Position numbers and translations under genes: made by a program
Assembly: GCA_965215265.1 (NCBI GenBank)
Contig: OZ244048.1
Span: forward strand, 2,432,001 to 2,496,000
Source: Candidatus Poribacteria bacterium
GTDB lineage: Bacteria; Poribacteria; WGA-4E; WGA-3G
DNA: 64,000 nt
Reading direction: 5' to 3'
Part shown: piece after piece, positions 29,577 through 39,191 of the stretch
Numbering within the stretch: the stretch's first letter is position 1
Layout: every line of letters starts with the position of its first letter
The notes under the pieces: generated by a model
Databases searched by the model: none
Seen by the model: only the letters and a program-made list of their open reading frames with translations
What the model was told of the DNA's origin: nothing

Positions 29577-31211
29577 ATGCAAGACAGACCGCCTACTATT
29601 GGCGAGTACCTATTGCGAAAATTGCACAGTTATGATATTGAACATATCTTCGGCATCCCCGGGGATTATGTGTTACGGTTGTATCACTTAATTAAGCAGA
29701 GCCCGATTGAACTTATCGGTATGAGCCGAGAAGACTCCGTAGGCTACGCAGCAGACGCTTACGCGCGCACAAAAGGCATCGGAGCGGCTTGTGTTAACTA
29801 TTGCACTGGCGGGTTGTCTATGGTGAGTGCGGTTGCAGGTGCCTACGCGGAGAAATCACCCCTTGTTGTGATTAGTGGGGCACCCGGTATCAAAGAACAC
29901 GGAAAGGATGCTCTTCTACACCATACGGTGCGAGATTTCCATACGCAGCAGCGCATCTATAAGGAGATAACGGTGGCAACCACTTTACTTGACGAGCCGT
30001 TTACTGCCTTTAACGAGATTGATAGGGTGCTCGATGCGGTTCATCGGTATAAACGTCCCGGCTACATTGAACTGCCGCGTGATATGGTAGACATCCATGG
30101 GGCGTTAGACCAAAGGCCGTCAACCGGTGGACATCTCAGTGATTCGGAAACATTGGATGCAGCGGTTGAGGATGCCGTTGATTTCATTAACCATAGCAAA
30201 AAGCCTGTTATACTCGCTGGCGTAGAAATCCATAGATTCCGCTATCAGAACAAACTGCTTAAGTTGGTTGAAGGCAAGGGGATACCGGTAGCTGCAACGC
30301 TGCTCGGTAAATCCGTTGTACCGGAGACGCATCCGCTGTACTTAGGGATTTATGAGGGTGCAATGGGGCAGGAAAAGATCAGACAGTTCGTTGAGGACTC
30401 GGATTGTCTCATTATCCTCGGTGCATTCATGCCAGATGTGAACTTTGGCATCGTAAACTTGGACCGGGGCCGCACCATCTATGCGACATCGGAGAGAATT
30501 TCGGTGCGCTATAGCACTTATGAAGGAGTGAAGTTTGATGATTTTCTTGATGGTATGGATTCGCCGCACCTACGTAAACGTCGGAAAATCAATTTAGAAT
30601 GGGCGGCACCATCTTCAGTAGCGTTTGAGGTAGTGACTGAAAAGCGTTTAACAGTGAAACGTCTGTTCCAACATCTCAACGGTTTTTTGAGTGATGAACT
30701 GACTGTCATCACGGATGCGAGTGACGGTCTCTTCGGTGCGGTGGATTTGCAGATGGGGCGACGCAACGATTTTATGAGTCCTGCGTCCTACAACGCGATG
30801 GGATTTGCTGTGCCTGCTTCAGTTGGGGTGCAGCTAGGCAGAGCTAACACGCGTCCTGTCGTAATTGTTGGTGACGGAGCGTTTCAAATGACAGGCACTG
30901 AGCTCTCAACAGCGGCACGCCATGGGCTCAATCCGATTGTAGTGGTTTTAAACAACCAGGGTTATGGTAGCGTAAGACACGATCAAGATGCCGCGTTTAA
31001 CGAGATAAGGCGCTGGAATTATGAGCGACTCCCAGAATTGCTCGGTGTGGGCCGTGGGTTCCGCGTCCGGACCGAGGGTGAATTTGACGTTGCCTTCAAA
31101 GCGGCCCTTGGCGAGCCAGAACAATTTGTGATTATCGAAGTGGAACTCGGAAAGTTAGATAGGTCTCCGGGACTCTCCCGATTTAGGGAGCAGTTGGTTC
31201 AGAAAATGTGA
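29577..31211 (+). CDS. TPP-dependent alpha-keto acid decarboxylase (indolepyruvate/pyruvate decarboxylase family)
   Basis: FGIPGDY, AADAYAR, LLHHT, GDGAFQMT...NNQGYG. Confidence 0.9.
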   Translation: MQDRPPTIGEYLLRKLHSYDIEHIFGIPGDYVLRLYHLIKQSPIELIGMSREDSVGYAADAYARTKGIGAACVNYCTGGLSMVSAVAGAYAEKSPLVVISGAPGIKEHGKDALLHHTVRDFHTQQRIYKEITVATTLLDEPFTAFNEIDRVLDAVHRYKRPGYIELPRDMVDIHGALDQRPSTGGHLSDSETLDAAVEDAVDFINHSKKPVILAGVEIHRFRYQNKLLKLVEGKGIPVAATLLGKSVVPETHPLYLGIYEGAMGQEKIRQFVEDSDCLIILGAFMPDVNFGIVNLDRGRTIYATSERISVRYSTYEGVKFDDFLDGMDSPHLRKRRKINLEWAAPSSVAFEVVTEKRLTVKRLFQHLNGFLSDELTVITDASDGLFGAVDLQMGRRNDFMSPASYNAMGFAVPASVGVQLGRANTRPVVIVGDGAFQMTGTELSTAARHGLNPIVVVLNNQGYGSVRHDQDAAFNEIRRWNYERLPELLGVGRGFRVRTEGEFDVAFKAALGEPEQFVIIEVELGKLDRSPGLSRFREQLVQKM

Positions 31212-31251
31212 GTGTTTTTATAGGTTTCATGAACTTTTTTGGTAGTCGGAC

Positions 31252-32478
31252 TTAGTACCCAAGCCATTCCAATATCCGTTGCATGAACGAACCAAAAGCC
31301 CCGGATTTCTGTCGGGAAACCTGTTCTTGCTCCTGATGCCGCAGTATATTGCCGTAAAGGACGAGCCCTGTGCTGTTAGCGTACATGGGTTGATTTACCC
31401 GGTCGATGAGCCCCGTCAGGCCTTTGGGGTAACCGATTTGTGCGCGGAGCGGGAGGATGTCTTCTGCAAGTTCGGTGAGGCCGTCCATCAATGCGGTGCC
31501 GCCGGTGAGAATCAAGCCGCCGGGCAGTTCGATGTTTTCGAGTTGATACGAGAGTTCTACTAAGATTTCTTCCATACGGTACTCTATGATTTCAGCGAGT
31601 TCGATTCTGCTGATAAAACGGGTGCGGTTTTCGCCTTGTCCTATCGGAATAGCCTCAGTGTTGTCTCCGTCTGCCCATGCTGTCCAAGCACATCCGCGGT
31701 GAAGTTTGAGTTCTTCAGCTTCTGGGAGTGTGACTCTTAGGTATTGTGCTATATCATTAGTGACGTGTTGTCCTCCGACAGGAAAAACAGTCATGTGTTG
31801 GATAGCATCTTCTTTATAGACGACAATTTCGGTTGTTCCGTCGCCAATGTCAACTAACGCGATTCCGACTTCGCGTTGTGCTTGGGACAGTACGGATTGG
31901 GTTGATGCTAAGGGTGCGGCAATAAGGGCTTCCACGTCTTGTATGCCTGCCTTCTCGATACTATTCAAGAGGTTTTGCATTGCCATCACGCTGCTTGTGA
32001 TGATGTAGACGTAGGCCTCAAGGCGCGTCCCGGAGATACCGACCGGCTCTTTAATGCGGTTCTGCTGATCGACGATGAAGTTCTGCTCCAGAACATGCAG
32101 AATATCCTCGCCGCCGGGTACAGAAATGGCGCGTGCGGCTGTTATGGCTCGATCGACATCCCTTTCCGAGATTGCGGGTACACTTGCTGAAACGACACCG
32201 TGGGAAGTTTGCCCTAAAAGATGGTCTCCGGAGATGCCAACACAGACGTTTTCTATGTTGACTCCGGCCATGAGTTCAGCGGCATCAATCGCTTTGCGAA
32301 TTGCTTCTGCTGTCTGATTGATGTCGACGACGACGCCTCTTCGTACGCCTTCAGAAGGCACGTTGCCGACGCCAATAATTTCAACGCTGTCTCTGTGCCC
32401 TGCAGCGGTGTCCGCCACGACAACAGAAATTTTACTTGAGCCAATATCTAATCCGGTGATAATACGTTCCTTAGCCAT
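31252..32478 (-). CDS. ftsA: Cell division protein FtsA
   Basis: GLDIGSSKI, VDIGDGTT, LTGGTA; C-terminal amphipathic helix. Confidence 0.95.
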   Translation of the reverse strand: MAKERIITGLDIGSSKISVVVADTAAGHRDSVEIIGVGNVPSEGVRRGVVVDINQTAEAIRKAIDAAELMAGVNIENVCVGISGDHLLGQTSHGVVSASVPAISERDVDRAITAARAISVPGGEDILHVLEQNFIVDQQNRIKEPVGISGTRLEAYVYIITSSVMAMQNLLNSIEKAGIQDVEALIAAPLASTQSVLSQAQREVGIALVDIGDGTTEIVVYKEDAIQHMTVFPVGGQHVTNDIAQYLRVTLPEAEELKLHRGCAWTAWADGDNTEAIPIGQGENRTRFISRIELAEIIEYRMEEILVELSYQLENIELPGGLILTGGTALMDGLTELAEDILPLRAQIGYPKGLTGLIDRVNQPMYANSTGLVLYGNILRHQEQEQVSRQKSGAFGSFMQRILEWLGY

Positions 32479-33512
32479 TACCTGTTTTCTCTCCCCCAAT
32501 AGAGCGCGTCTTGAAATCTTGCGTCTAAGTACGTTTGTTTTTCGTTTGCTGTCGTGTCTATTTCTGCAGCGTGATTGTGTCCTTGTTGCAAGAATAGGGT
32601 GATATGATGGAGTCCTGTCTCAACTGCGTCTTCTGAAATCCACACCTGTGCTGCGAGCCCAAGTATCTCCAATTTAACTTTGTGTGCCTGACGTGCATCG
32701 ACCGTCCTAATCTGGTTTGCGAGTTCTGGTTCGCGAAGGACAGCGGTTTTTAAAATATGCAACCCTAACACGAGTTCGGATTCTTGCGGTGCGGTCCCTG
32801 GTGAAGGGAGTACATCGCCTACCGCGAGCACCGTAGGCATTCGGTGAGGTTTTTCAACGGTTGCCTGCACTTGTCGATGCCTGCTTGGTGCGGCACCGGA
32901 TGGTTTCTGAGTTAATTGCATCTGTTTATTAACCGATGGCTGCCTTCGCAGCGCGAATTCGTCTATTACAGATTCTAACACATAGCCCTCCCTATCTACT
33001 ACAAAAAAAGCGGTTTTTGCAGGACGGCGCGAAGTCTTGGGAATCAGCCGGTATTCAAGCAAGGCGAACGGTTCACGTTCAGTCACCGTGATAGTGAGCA
33101 TCCGTTTCATCAACTGCTTTGATATGTACGCGTCCTTAATATAACTGAGATTCTTCTTGAGATACGCCGCGGTCTGCTCTTCTGATTCCGTAATGATATT
33201 ATCAAGATTGGCACCTAAGATGTCATAGATGTGTGCGTCTGTATAGTGCCTATTGCCGGATACCTCCAACGAGACATATTCAACGCTGAAAAAGGTCAGT
33301 AGCACTTTCCCGATGAATGCCAAGGTCACGAGCGCAGCAATCCCAAAGATGAACCGTCGCCACAGATACACCTTTGAGTTTTTCTTTAGCTGCCGTCGTG
33401 TATATAACCGGTCTGTTCGCCTTATAGCGTTTCCTGCATGGGCAGCTGTGCTTCTGTACGAATCCGACTGCTTCCGGCTATGCGATTTGTGTGCCTGGTG
33501 AAGTGCTCTCAT
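32478..33512 (-). CDS. ftsQ: Cell division protein FtsQ/DivIB
   Basis: TM, POTRA (VSGNRHYT...ITVTEREP), YLDARF; position in dcw. Confidence 0.8.
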   Translation of the reverse strand: MRALHQAHKSHSRKQSDSYRSTAAHAGNAIRRTDRLYTRRQLKKNSKVYLWRRFIFGIAALVTLAFIGKVLLTFFSVEYVSLEVSGNRHYTDAHIYDILGANLDNIITESEEQTAAYLKKNLSYIKDAYISKQLMKRMLTITVTEREPFALLEYRLIPKTSRRPAKTAFFVVDREGYVLESVIDEFALRRQPSVNKQMQLTQKPSGAAPSRHRQVQATVEKPHRMPTVLAVGDVLPSPGTAPQESELVLGLHILKTAVLREPELANQIRTVDARQAHKVKLEILGLAAQVWISEDAVETGLHHITLFLQQGHNHAAEIDTTANEKQTYLDARFQDALYWGRENR

Positions 33513-34890
33513 TTTTTTCCTTCAATGCTGCCAAGAATTGGTGTCCGACCTGACTGATATCGCCAGCACCAAGCGTGATAACGATATCCCCGGGGCGGGT
33601 TATTTGCGTGAGATATTCGGTAATTTCCTCGGTATCCGGCATGTAAATGACGTGTCGATGCCCGTGTGCCTGGATGGCTTGTGCTAAGTTTTCTGCTGTC
33701 ACGTTTTCAATAGGCGTTTCTCCAGCACCATAGATGGATGTGACAATCAGCACATCGGCTTGATAAAAAGAGCGGCAGAACTCATCTGCTAAGTCTCTGA
33801 CCCGCTGGTAGCGATGCGGTTGAAAGACTGCGACGACACGTCGTTTATAGCCTTCACGTGCGCCGCTGAGTGCTGCTTTTAGCTTCACTGGATTGTGGGC
33901 GTAATCGTCAACAACGATGATGTTATCTACTTCGCCAAGTACTTCAAAACGTCTGTGTACCCCTTGAAAGGATTCAAGGCTATCGCGAATCTGCTCGAAC
34001 GGAATGTCAAATTCAAGTCCCACGGCTATTGCGGCCAAAGAGTTAGCGATGTTATGTCGCCCTGGCATTTTGAGGTGTATGTCCCCGAGTCGCCCGTTAA
34101 CGCGTAGTTCTGGGGATGCGCTGACGGTGTAACGTGAGGTTGGCCCTTCAGCGTTAATTTCTTCTGCGATGAGGTCTGCGCCGAATTCAAGTCCGTAAGT
34201 GAGGTAGCGTTTTTCAATGCGTGGGATGAATTTTTGAATGTTTTCGCTATCTAAGCAAAGTACAGCCGTCCCGTAGAACGGAACTTTGTTAGCAAATTTG
34301 AGGAAGGTTTCGCCGATTTCGTCGACGCTATTGTAATAGTCAAGATGGTCAGCATCGACAGAAGTGATTACAGCGATTGTGGGATAGAACATCTCAATAG
34401 AACCGTATGCCTCGTCTGCTTCTACCACCATGACATCGCCCTGCCCGGTGTGTGCGTGAGTGCCATCGACGAGTTTACCGCCGACAACGACTGTTGGGTC
34501 CAAGCTCTTTAGGACGGCTGCTGTCATCGCTGTCGTGGTTGTTTTTCCGTGTGTTCCACTGACTGCGACACTGTAGCGCATCCGGGTAATCTCATTGAGC
34601 ATTTCGGCACCCCTGACGACAGGGATTTTCTGTGCGGCGGCGGCGAGAAGTTCTGGGTTATCCGGTGGAATTGCGGGGGACTTTACCACGACATCTGCCC
34701 CGTTAAGATTTGTTGTTGCATGGCTGTAGTATATCTTAGCTCCTTGTGCGCGTAGGTGCTCGGTTGTCTCTGAACACCGCAAATCGGAACCTGTTACCTG
34801 AAAACCGAGGTCGAGTAAGATTTCAGAGATACCGCTGAGCCCGGCACCGCCGATGCCGATAACATGGATATGTTTCGTTTTTCCAAACAT
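33478..34890 (-). CDS. murC: UDP-N-acetylmuramate--L-alanine ligase
   Basis: HVIGIGGAGLSG, GTHGKTTT, DDYAHNP, FQPHRY. Confidence 0.95.
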   Translation of the reverse strand: MFGKTKHIHVIGIGGAGLSGISEILLDLGFQVTGSDLRCSETTEHLRAQGAKIYYSHATTNLNGADVVVKSPAIPPDNPELLAAAAQKIPVVRGAEMLNEITRMRYSVAVSGTHGKTTTTAMTAAVLKSLDPTVVVGGKLVDGTHAHTGQGDVMVVEADEAYGSIEMFYPTIAVITSVDADHLDYYNSVDEIGETFLKFANKVPFYGTAVLCLDSENIQKFIPRIEKRYLTYGLEFGADLIAEEINAEGPTSRYTVSASPELRVNGRLGDIHLKMPGRHNIANSLAAIAVGLEFDIPFEQIRDSLESFQGVHRRFEVLGEVDNIIVVDDYAHNPVKLKAALSGAREGYKRRVVAVFQPHRYQRVRDLADEFCRSFYQADVLIVTSIYGAGETPIENVTAENLAQAIQAHGHRHVIYMPDTEEITEYLTQITRPGDIVITLGAGDISQVGHQFLAALKEKNESTSPGTQIA

Positions 34891-35095
34891 TTTTATATAT
34901 CTCCGTACCGTCAACGCTTATGATTTTGTTAAATCGTGTGTAAATCTCGTCGGAGGTTAACTAGGTATAGTCTTTAAAATCGTAGGCATAAACGGCTCAG
35001 ACGAGATTTGTAAGGGTTTTAACATTGCAGCAGCCTTGTTACGGGCTCCTGTAGACGAAAGACCTTGTTACGGGCTCCTGTAGACAAAAGAATCC
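34891..35095. repeat. Family A MITE-like element with a 29-bp internal tandem duplication
   Basis: TATATCTCCGTACCGTCAACG at 34896; inverted repeat 34942/34996; CCTTGTTACGGGCTCCTGTAGAC(g/a)AAAGA twice. Confidence 0.85.
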
Positions 35096-35096
35096 T

Positions 35097-36218
35097 TCAT
35101 AATTGTGCGAGAATAGCGTGGGCGATTTCCTCGCTTGCTTTCGGTTTTCCGATGGCCTGGCTTGCATTTGCCATCGTTTGATGGGTTTTAGCATCCGTGG
35201 TAATGCGGAGCAGGTGGCTGACGAGCTGGTCGGTTGTAAAGGTGCCTTGCTCTAGGACGATTGCAGCACCTGCGGCGGCGATTGTGCGCGCATTCAATAC
35301 CTGGTTGTTGCCGGTTTGTGCCGGTAAAGGAATGAAAATTGCAGGGATACCACATGCCGTTACCTCTGACACTGTCATTCCGCCGGCCCTACACACCATC
35401 AGATCGGTTATGCTGTAGACTTCTTCAACTGAATCAAAGAAGGGTTCGACTCGATGTGGTAAGCACGGGTTGAGTTTTTTATACGTCTCCTGAACGGTTT
35501 CTAAGTCTGCTGTGCCGGTTTGGTGTACGATTTGCAGGCAATCTAGCCCACGGCCCCCTGCTTGGCGTACTAAGTGCGGTAGACTCTCTATGAGACTCTG
35601 ATTGATTGCGTGCGCGCCTTGACTTCCTCCCATTACAAATACCGTTTTTCGATCTGGGCACAATCCGAGTTTTTGATAGGTAGCAGCGTTTCGTTGATAC
35701 GCCGTGATTGCGGGGCGAATGGGGTTGCCTGTCACGGAAACAATTTCTTTACGGAACTTCGCTGGAGCCGGTTCTAATGCTAGGTAGGCGGCTGCCGCCC
35801 AGCGTGCCAGTATTGCATTTGTCAAGCCAACAGAAGCGTTCTGTTCCTGGACAGCGATCGGAATCTTACAGAGGACCCCGGCAAAAAGGACGGGTCCGGA
35901 GACGTAACCGCCCGTGCCAACGACAAAATCTGGTGCGAGTTCTCTCATGTACCGCAACGATTGCTGCAGTCCGCACGCGGCTTTCCAGAGTACAGGAAAC
36001 CATTGGAAAGTTATCCGGCGGGGGAATCCTGCAACAGAGATGGGCAAAAAACGGAAGCCGTGCTGTGGCACAAGCGTTGCCTCCAAACGTCTGTCGCCCC
36101 CGATGAAAACGATATTGATGTTAGTTTCTAGGCGTTTCAAGGCTTGCGCAATGCCGATGGCAGGATAGATATGCCCACCGGTGCCGCCACCTGAAATCAC
36201 TATCGTGTGCTTTTTCAT
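35097..36218 (-). CDS. murG: MurG N-acetylglucosaminyltransferase
   Basis: GGGTGGHIYP, GTGGYVS, EQNA, GGSQGA. Confidence 0.95.
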   Translation of the reverse strand: MKKHTIVISGGGTGGHIYPAIGIAQALKRLETNINIVFIGGDRRLEATLVPQHGFRFLPISVAGFPRRITFQWFPVLWKAACGLQQSLRYMRELAPDFVVGTGGYVSGPVLFAGVLCKIPIAVQEQNASVGLTNAILARWAAAAYLALEPAPAKFRKEIVSVTGNPIRPAITAYQRNAATYQKLGLCPDRKTVFVMGGSQGAHAINQSLIESLPHLVRQAGGRGLDCLQIVHQTGTADLETVQETYKKLNPCLPHRVEPFFDSVEEVYSITDLMVCRAGGMTVSEVTACGIPAIFIPLPAQTGNNQVLNARTIAAAGAAIVLEQGTFTTDQLVSHLLRITTDAKTHQTMANASQAIGKPKASEEIAHAILAQL

Positions 36219-36251
36219 TTATAACACCTAAAACATTTCCAAACCCAGTGG

Positions 36252-36350
36252 GTGGCGAGTAAAAGGGAAGGGAAGTTCTCCCGGCAAGCGGGGAGGAATC
36301 CCCTTTCTTGTCTGTCCTGAAAGACAGACAAAGAATACCTAGCTCGCCAC
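36252..36350. repeat. Family B palindromic element (intergenic copy)
   Basis: GTGGCGAG...AAAGGGAAGGGAAGTTCTCCC...GGAGGAATCCCCTTTC..TCTGTCC...CTCGCCAC; reverse-complement match to 46039-46138. Confidence 0.85.
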
Positions 36351-36423
36351 TCTTTGACACAAGGAATTCACCCTGCAAAGCAGGGAGAACTTCTTAAAAG
36401 AGAAATTTCGACACTGGATTGTG

Positions 36424-37650
36424 TTACCTCTTCTTAGAACAGAAACGTGAAACATTGAGTAGAATACCGACGCTGACTAAGCTGAGAACAATTGATGAAC
36501 CGCCATAACTGATGAACGGTAACGTAATCCCCTTTGTGGGTAAAATGCCGGTGACAACGCCGATATTGATGAACGCTTGTAAACCGATCAGGATTGTCAT
36601 GCCGATAGCGAGCAACGAACCGAACAAATCTTCAACGTAGCGGGCGATGTGTAACCCACGCCACACAAACAACATGAAAAGGAGCGTTACGCTGGCGGTC
36701 CCGATGAATCCGAATTCTTCACCGAGGACGGCGAAAATGAAATCGGTGTGAGGATACGGCAGATGCACCACCTTGGCAACACTGTTATCAATCCCAACGC
36801 CGAAAAGCCCACCCCAGCCGAGTGCTTTGAGCGAATGTGATAATTGATAATTTGCCCCATCTGGAGATTTCCAGAGAGCGATGTAATCGATGAACCGTTG
36901 CAGCCGGTACGGGTTGCGAAGGACTAGGATACTGAGCGCGCCAATCCCGGCACCTGTGAGCATCACGGCATGCCAGATGCGAATGCCACCGACAAATAGT
37001 ACGATACACACCGTTACTGCTAAGAGGAGCGCAGACCCAAAGTCAGGCTGCTGTGCGACGAGCCCGAAAGCGGCACCTAAAATCAACAGATTCGGCAGAA
37101 TTCCGTTAAGGAAGCTTTTTGCTTTCTGTGGGTTCCGGCTGATAAATGTAGCTACATGGATGATGAGCGCGATTTTGGCGAATTCTACCGGTTGGAAATT
37201 GAACGGCACGCCGGGCATTCGAATCCAGCGGTTAAACCTACCGCCTTCCATCCCGCGTACGCTGACGCTGAAAAACGGCACGAATACTAACAGTAAAGCG
37301 ATGAACGCTACAATCAAAATCTTGGTGGAATGTTTCGCATAAAACTGATAAGGTACGGCAGACGCTATGAACATACCGATGAAGCCGATAACACAGGCAA
37401 TGACATGGACTCGCAAATATCGGTAACTGTCCCCGTTATATTCTCTTGAAGAGAGCAGATGGCCTGAGCTATACACCATCAAGATACCTACAGCGATGAG
37501 GCAAAATGTTAGTGCAATGAGAATCTTATCCCTTTTTCCACTCTGTTGAGTTTCGATGTTAGATGGCGTTGCCTCGGTAAAACGCCGCTGCCCAAGCGCG
37601 GCTCTACCTAAACGTGCAGGTGCTGTGGCGGACAGTCCTCGGGTTCTCAT
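36424..37650 (-). CDS. ftsW: Peptidoglycan glycosyltransferase FtsW
   Basis: GILMVYSS, FQPVEFAK, QPDFGS, LPYPHTDFIF, LPFISYGGSS. Confidence 0.93.
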   Translation of the reverse strand: MRTRGLSATAPARLGRAALGQRRFTEATPSNIETQQSGKRDKILIALTFCLIAVGILMVYSSGHLLSSREYNGDSYRYLRVHVIACVIGFIGMFIASAVPYQFYAKHSTKILIVAFIALLLVFVPFFSVSVRGMEGGRFNRWIRMPGVPFNFQPVEFAKIALIIHVATFISRNPQKAKSFLNGILPNLLILGAAFGLVAQQPDFGSALLLAVTVCIVLFVGGIRIWHAVMLTGAGIGALSILVLRNPYRLQRFIDYIALWKSPDGANYQLSHSLKALGWGGLFGVGIDNSVAKVVHLPYPHTDFIFAVLGEEFGFIGTASVTLLFMLFVWRGLHIARYVEDLFGSLLAIGMTILIGLQAFINIGVVTGILPTKGITLPFISYGGSSIVLSLVSVGILLNVSRFCSKKR

Positions 37651-37660
37651 GGCTACGTTT

Positions 37661-39187
37661 TTATGATTGAAGTGCATGAACAGCCTCTTTAAACGCGTTT
37701 CCGCGTGCTTTATAGTCGGTATACATATCAAAACTGGCATTTGCCGGTGACAGTAGCACTACATCGCCGGGTACGGCATGTTGGTAAGCAACCTGCACAG
37801 CTTCCGTCATAGTTTTGGCAGGCAAGATATCGGTGAACGCTGCTAGGGCGTTTTGGATACGTTGTGTATGTCCGCCGAGCATGACACCCTTTTTGACTTT
37901 CTCACGTACTAACCGAATAAGCGGCGTGTAGTCGTTTCCTTTATCGTAGCCGCCCATAATCAGTAGAACGTTTTTTCTGGCCTCGGATGAAGGTGATGAA
38001 GTTACTGATTCAAGTGCTGCTTTTACGGAATCTACATTCGTCGCTTTTGAGTCGTCAATGAATTGAACACCGTGCACCGTCCGAACCCGTTCGAAGGCAT
38101 GCTTGAAGGCAGGGTGTGCAAGGTCAAGCTGCTGGAGTGCTATCCGGATATGCTCAGCGGTTACGCCGTAAATTAATCCCACGGCGGCTGCCGCGAGTGT
38201 ATTCCGTATGTTGTGTGCCCCTGCGAGCGGAATATCCTTGACGTGACAGAGGAATTGTGGTTTTTGGCATGCGTTCTCAGTGTGCTCTGTCGATGTGCCA
38301 ATATTCCCAAAAATCTGCAGATTTCCGGTTTCATCGCGTTGGAGATAAGTTCCTTGTGTAGCGTATCGTGGCTGCTTCGGAACATTCTCACTACTACCCG
38401 TGTGCGTATGGCATTCTGTGGGCTGAAAATAGACGGTTCTTGCGGTAGTTAATGCTGCGAAGTCGGCCACCTGTTCATCGGAACTGTTTAGTACTATCCA
38501 ATCGGCTGCAGTTTGGTTGGCGCATATCTGCTGTTTCGCGCGGGTATAGGCACGCATGGTCCGATGCCTATCCAGATGGTCCGGTGATATGTTCAGTACA
38601 ACGCTCACTATCGGATGGAAGGTGACTGTGCTTTCTAATTGGAAGCTGCTGGCTTCAAGGACGACGATGTCTCTACTCGTCAGATTCTGAACTTCTGCCG
38701 ACAAAGGGAGCCCGATATTCCCTGCGACACAGACGTTTGTAAATCGCCGGCTCGTTTCGAGAATAGCCGCTGTCAAAAGTGTGGTTGTTGATTTTCCTTT
38801 TGTTCCAGTAATTGCGACAATGGGTGCTGGACAGAGGCTCGCGGCAACTTCCAATTCTCCGAGGATTGGGATGCGTTTTGCCCGTGCCTTGCAGAGAATC
38901 GGAATATCGAGGGGTACACCGGGGGACACAATAATCAGTGCTGCTGCTGCTATACATGTGTCTGGATGCCCCCCCAGGTAAAATTTCAGCGGGGGGTTTT
39001 GACTTGACGGGCTCGGCATCTGCTGTGTGAGCTGCTCAATTTCTGCGGATAGAGCCTCACGCTCGCGGGAATCTGTAACTGTCACGTTCGCGCCCAGTGC
39101 AAGCAGCAATTTTGCGATAGCCAACCCGCTGCGGTTCAATCCAAAAACGATGACCGGTTTCCCGGAGAAAATGTCCGCGTTTCGCAT
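37661..39187 (-). CDS. murD: UDP-N-acetylmuramoyl-L-alanine--D-glutamate ligase
   Basis: VSPG, TGTKGKSTT, EASSFQL, DDSKATN, LLSPANASFD. Confidence 0.95.
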   Translation of the reverse strand: MRNADIFSGKPVIVFGLNRSGLAIAKLLLALGANVTVTDSREREALSAEIEQLTQQMPSPSSQNPPLKFYLGGHPDTCIAAAALIIVSPGVPLDIPILCKARAKRIPILGELEVAASLCPAPIVAITGTKGKSTTTLLTAAILETSRRFTNVCVAGNIGLPLSAEVQNLTSRDIVVLEASSFQLESTVTFHPIVSVVLNISPDHLDRHRTMRAYTRAKQQICANQTAADWIVLNSSDEQVADFAALTTARTVYFQPTECHTHTGSSENVPKQPRYATQGTYLQRDETGNLQIFGNIGTSTEHTENACQKPQFLCHVKDIPLAGAHNIRNTLAAAAVGLIYGVTAEHIRIALQQLDLAHPAFKHAFERVRTVHGVQFIDDSKATNVDSVKAALESVTSSPSSEARKNVLLIMGGYDKGNDYTPLIRLVREKVKKGVMLGGHTQRIQNALAAFTDILPAKTMTEAVQVAYQHAVPGDVVLLSPANASFDMYTDYKARGNAFKEAVHALQS

Positions 39188-39191
39188 CGCT

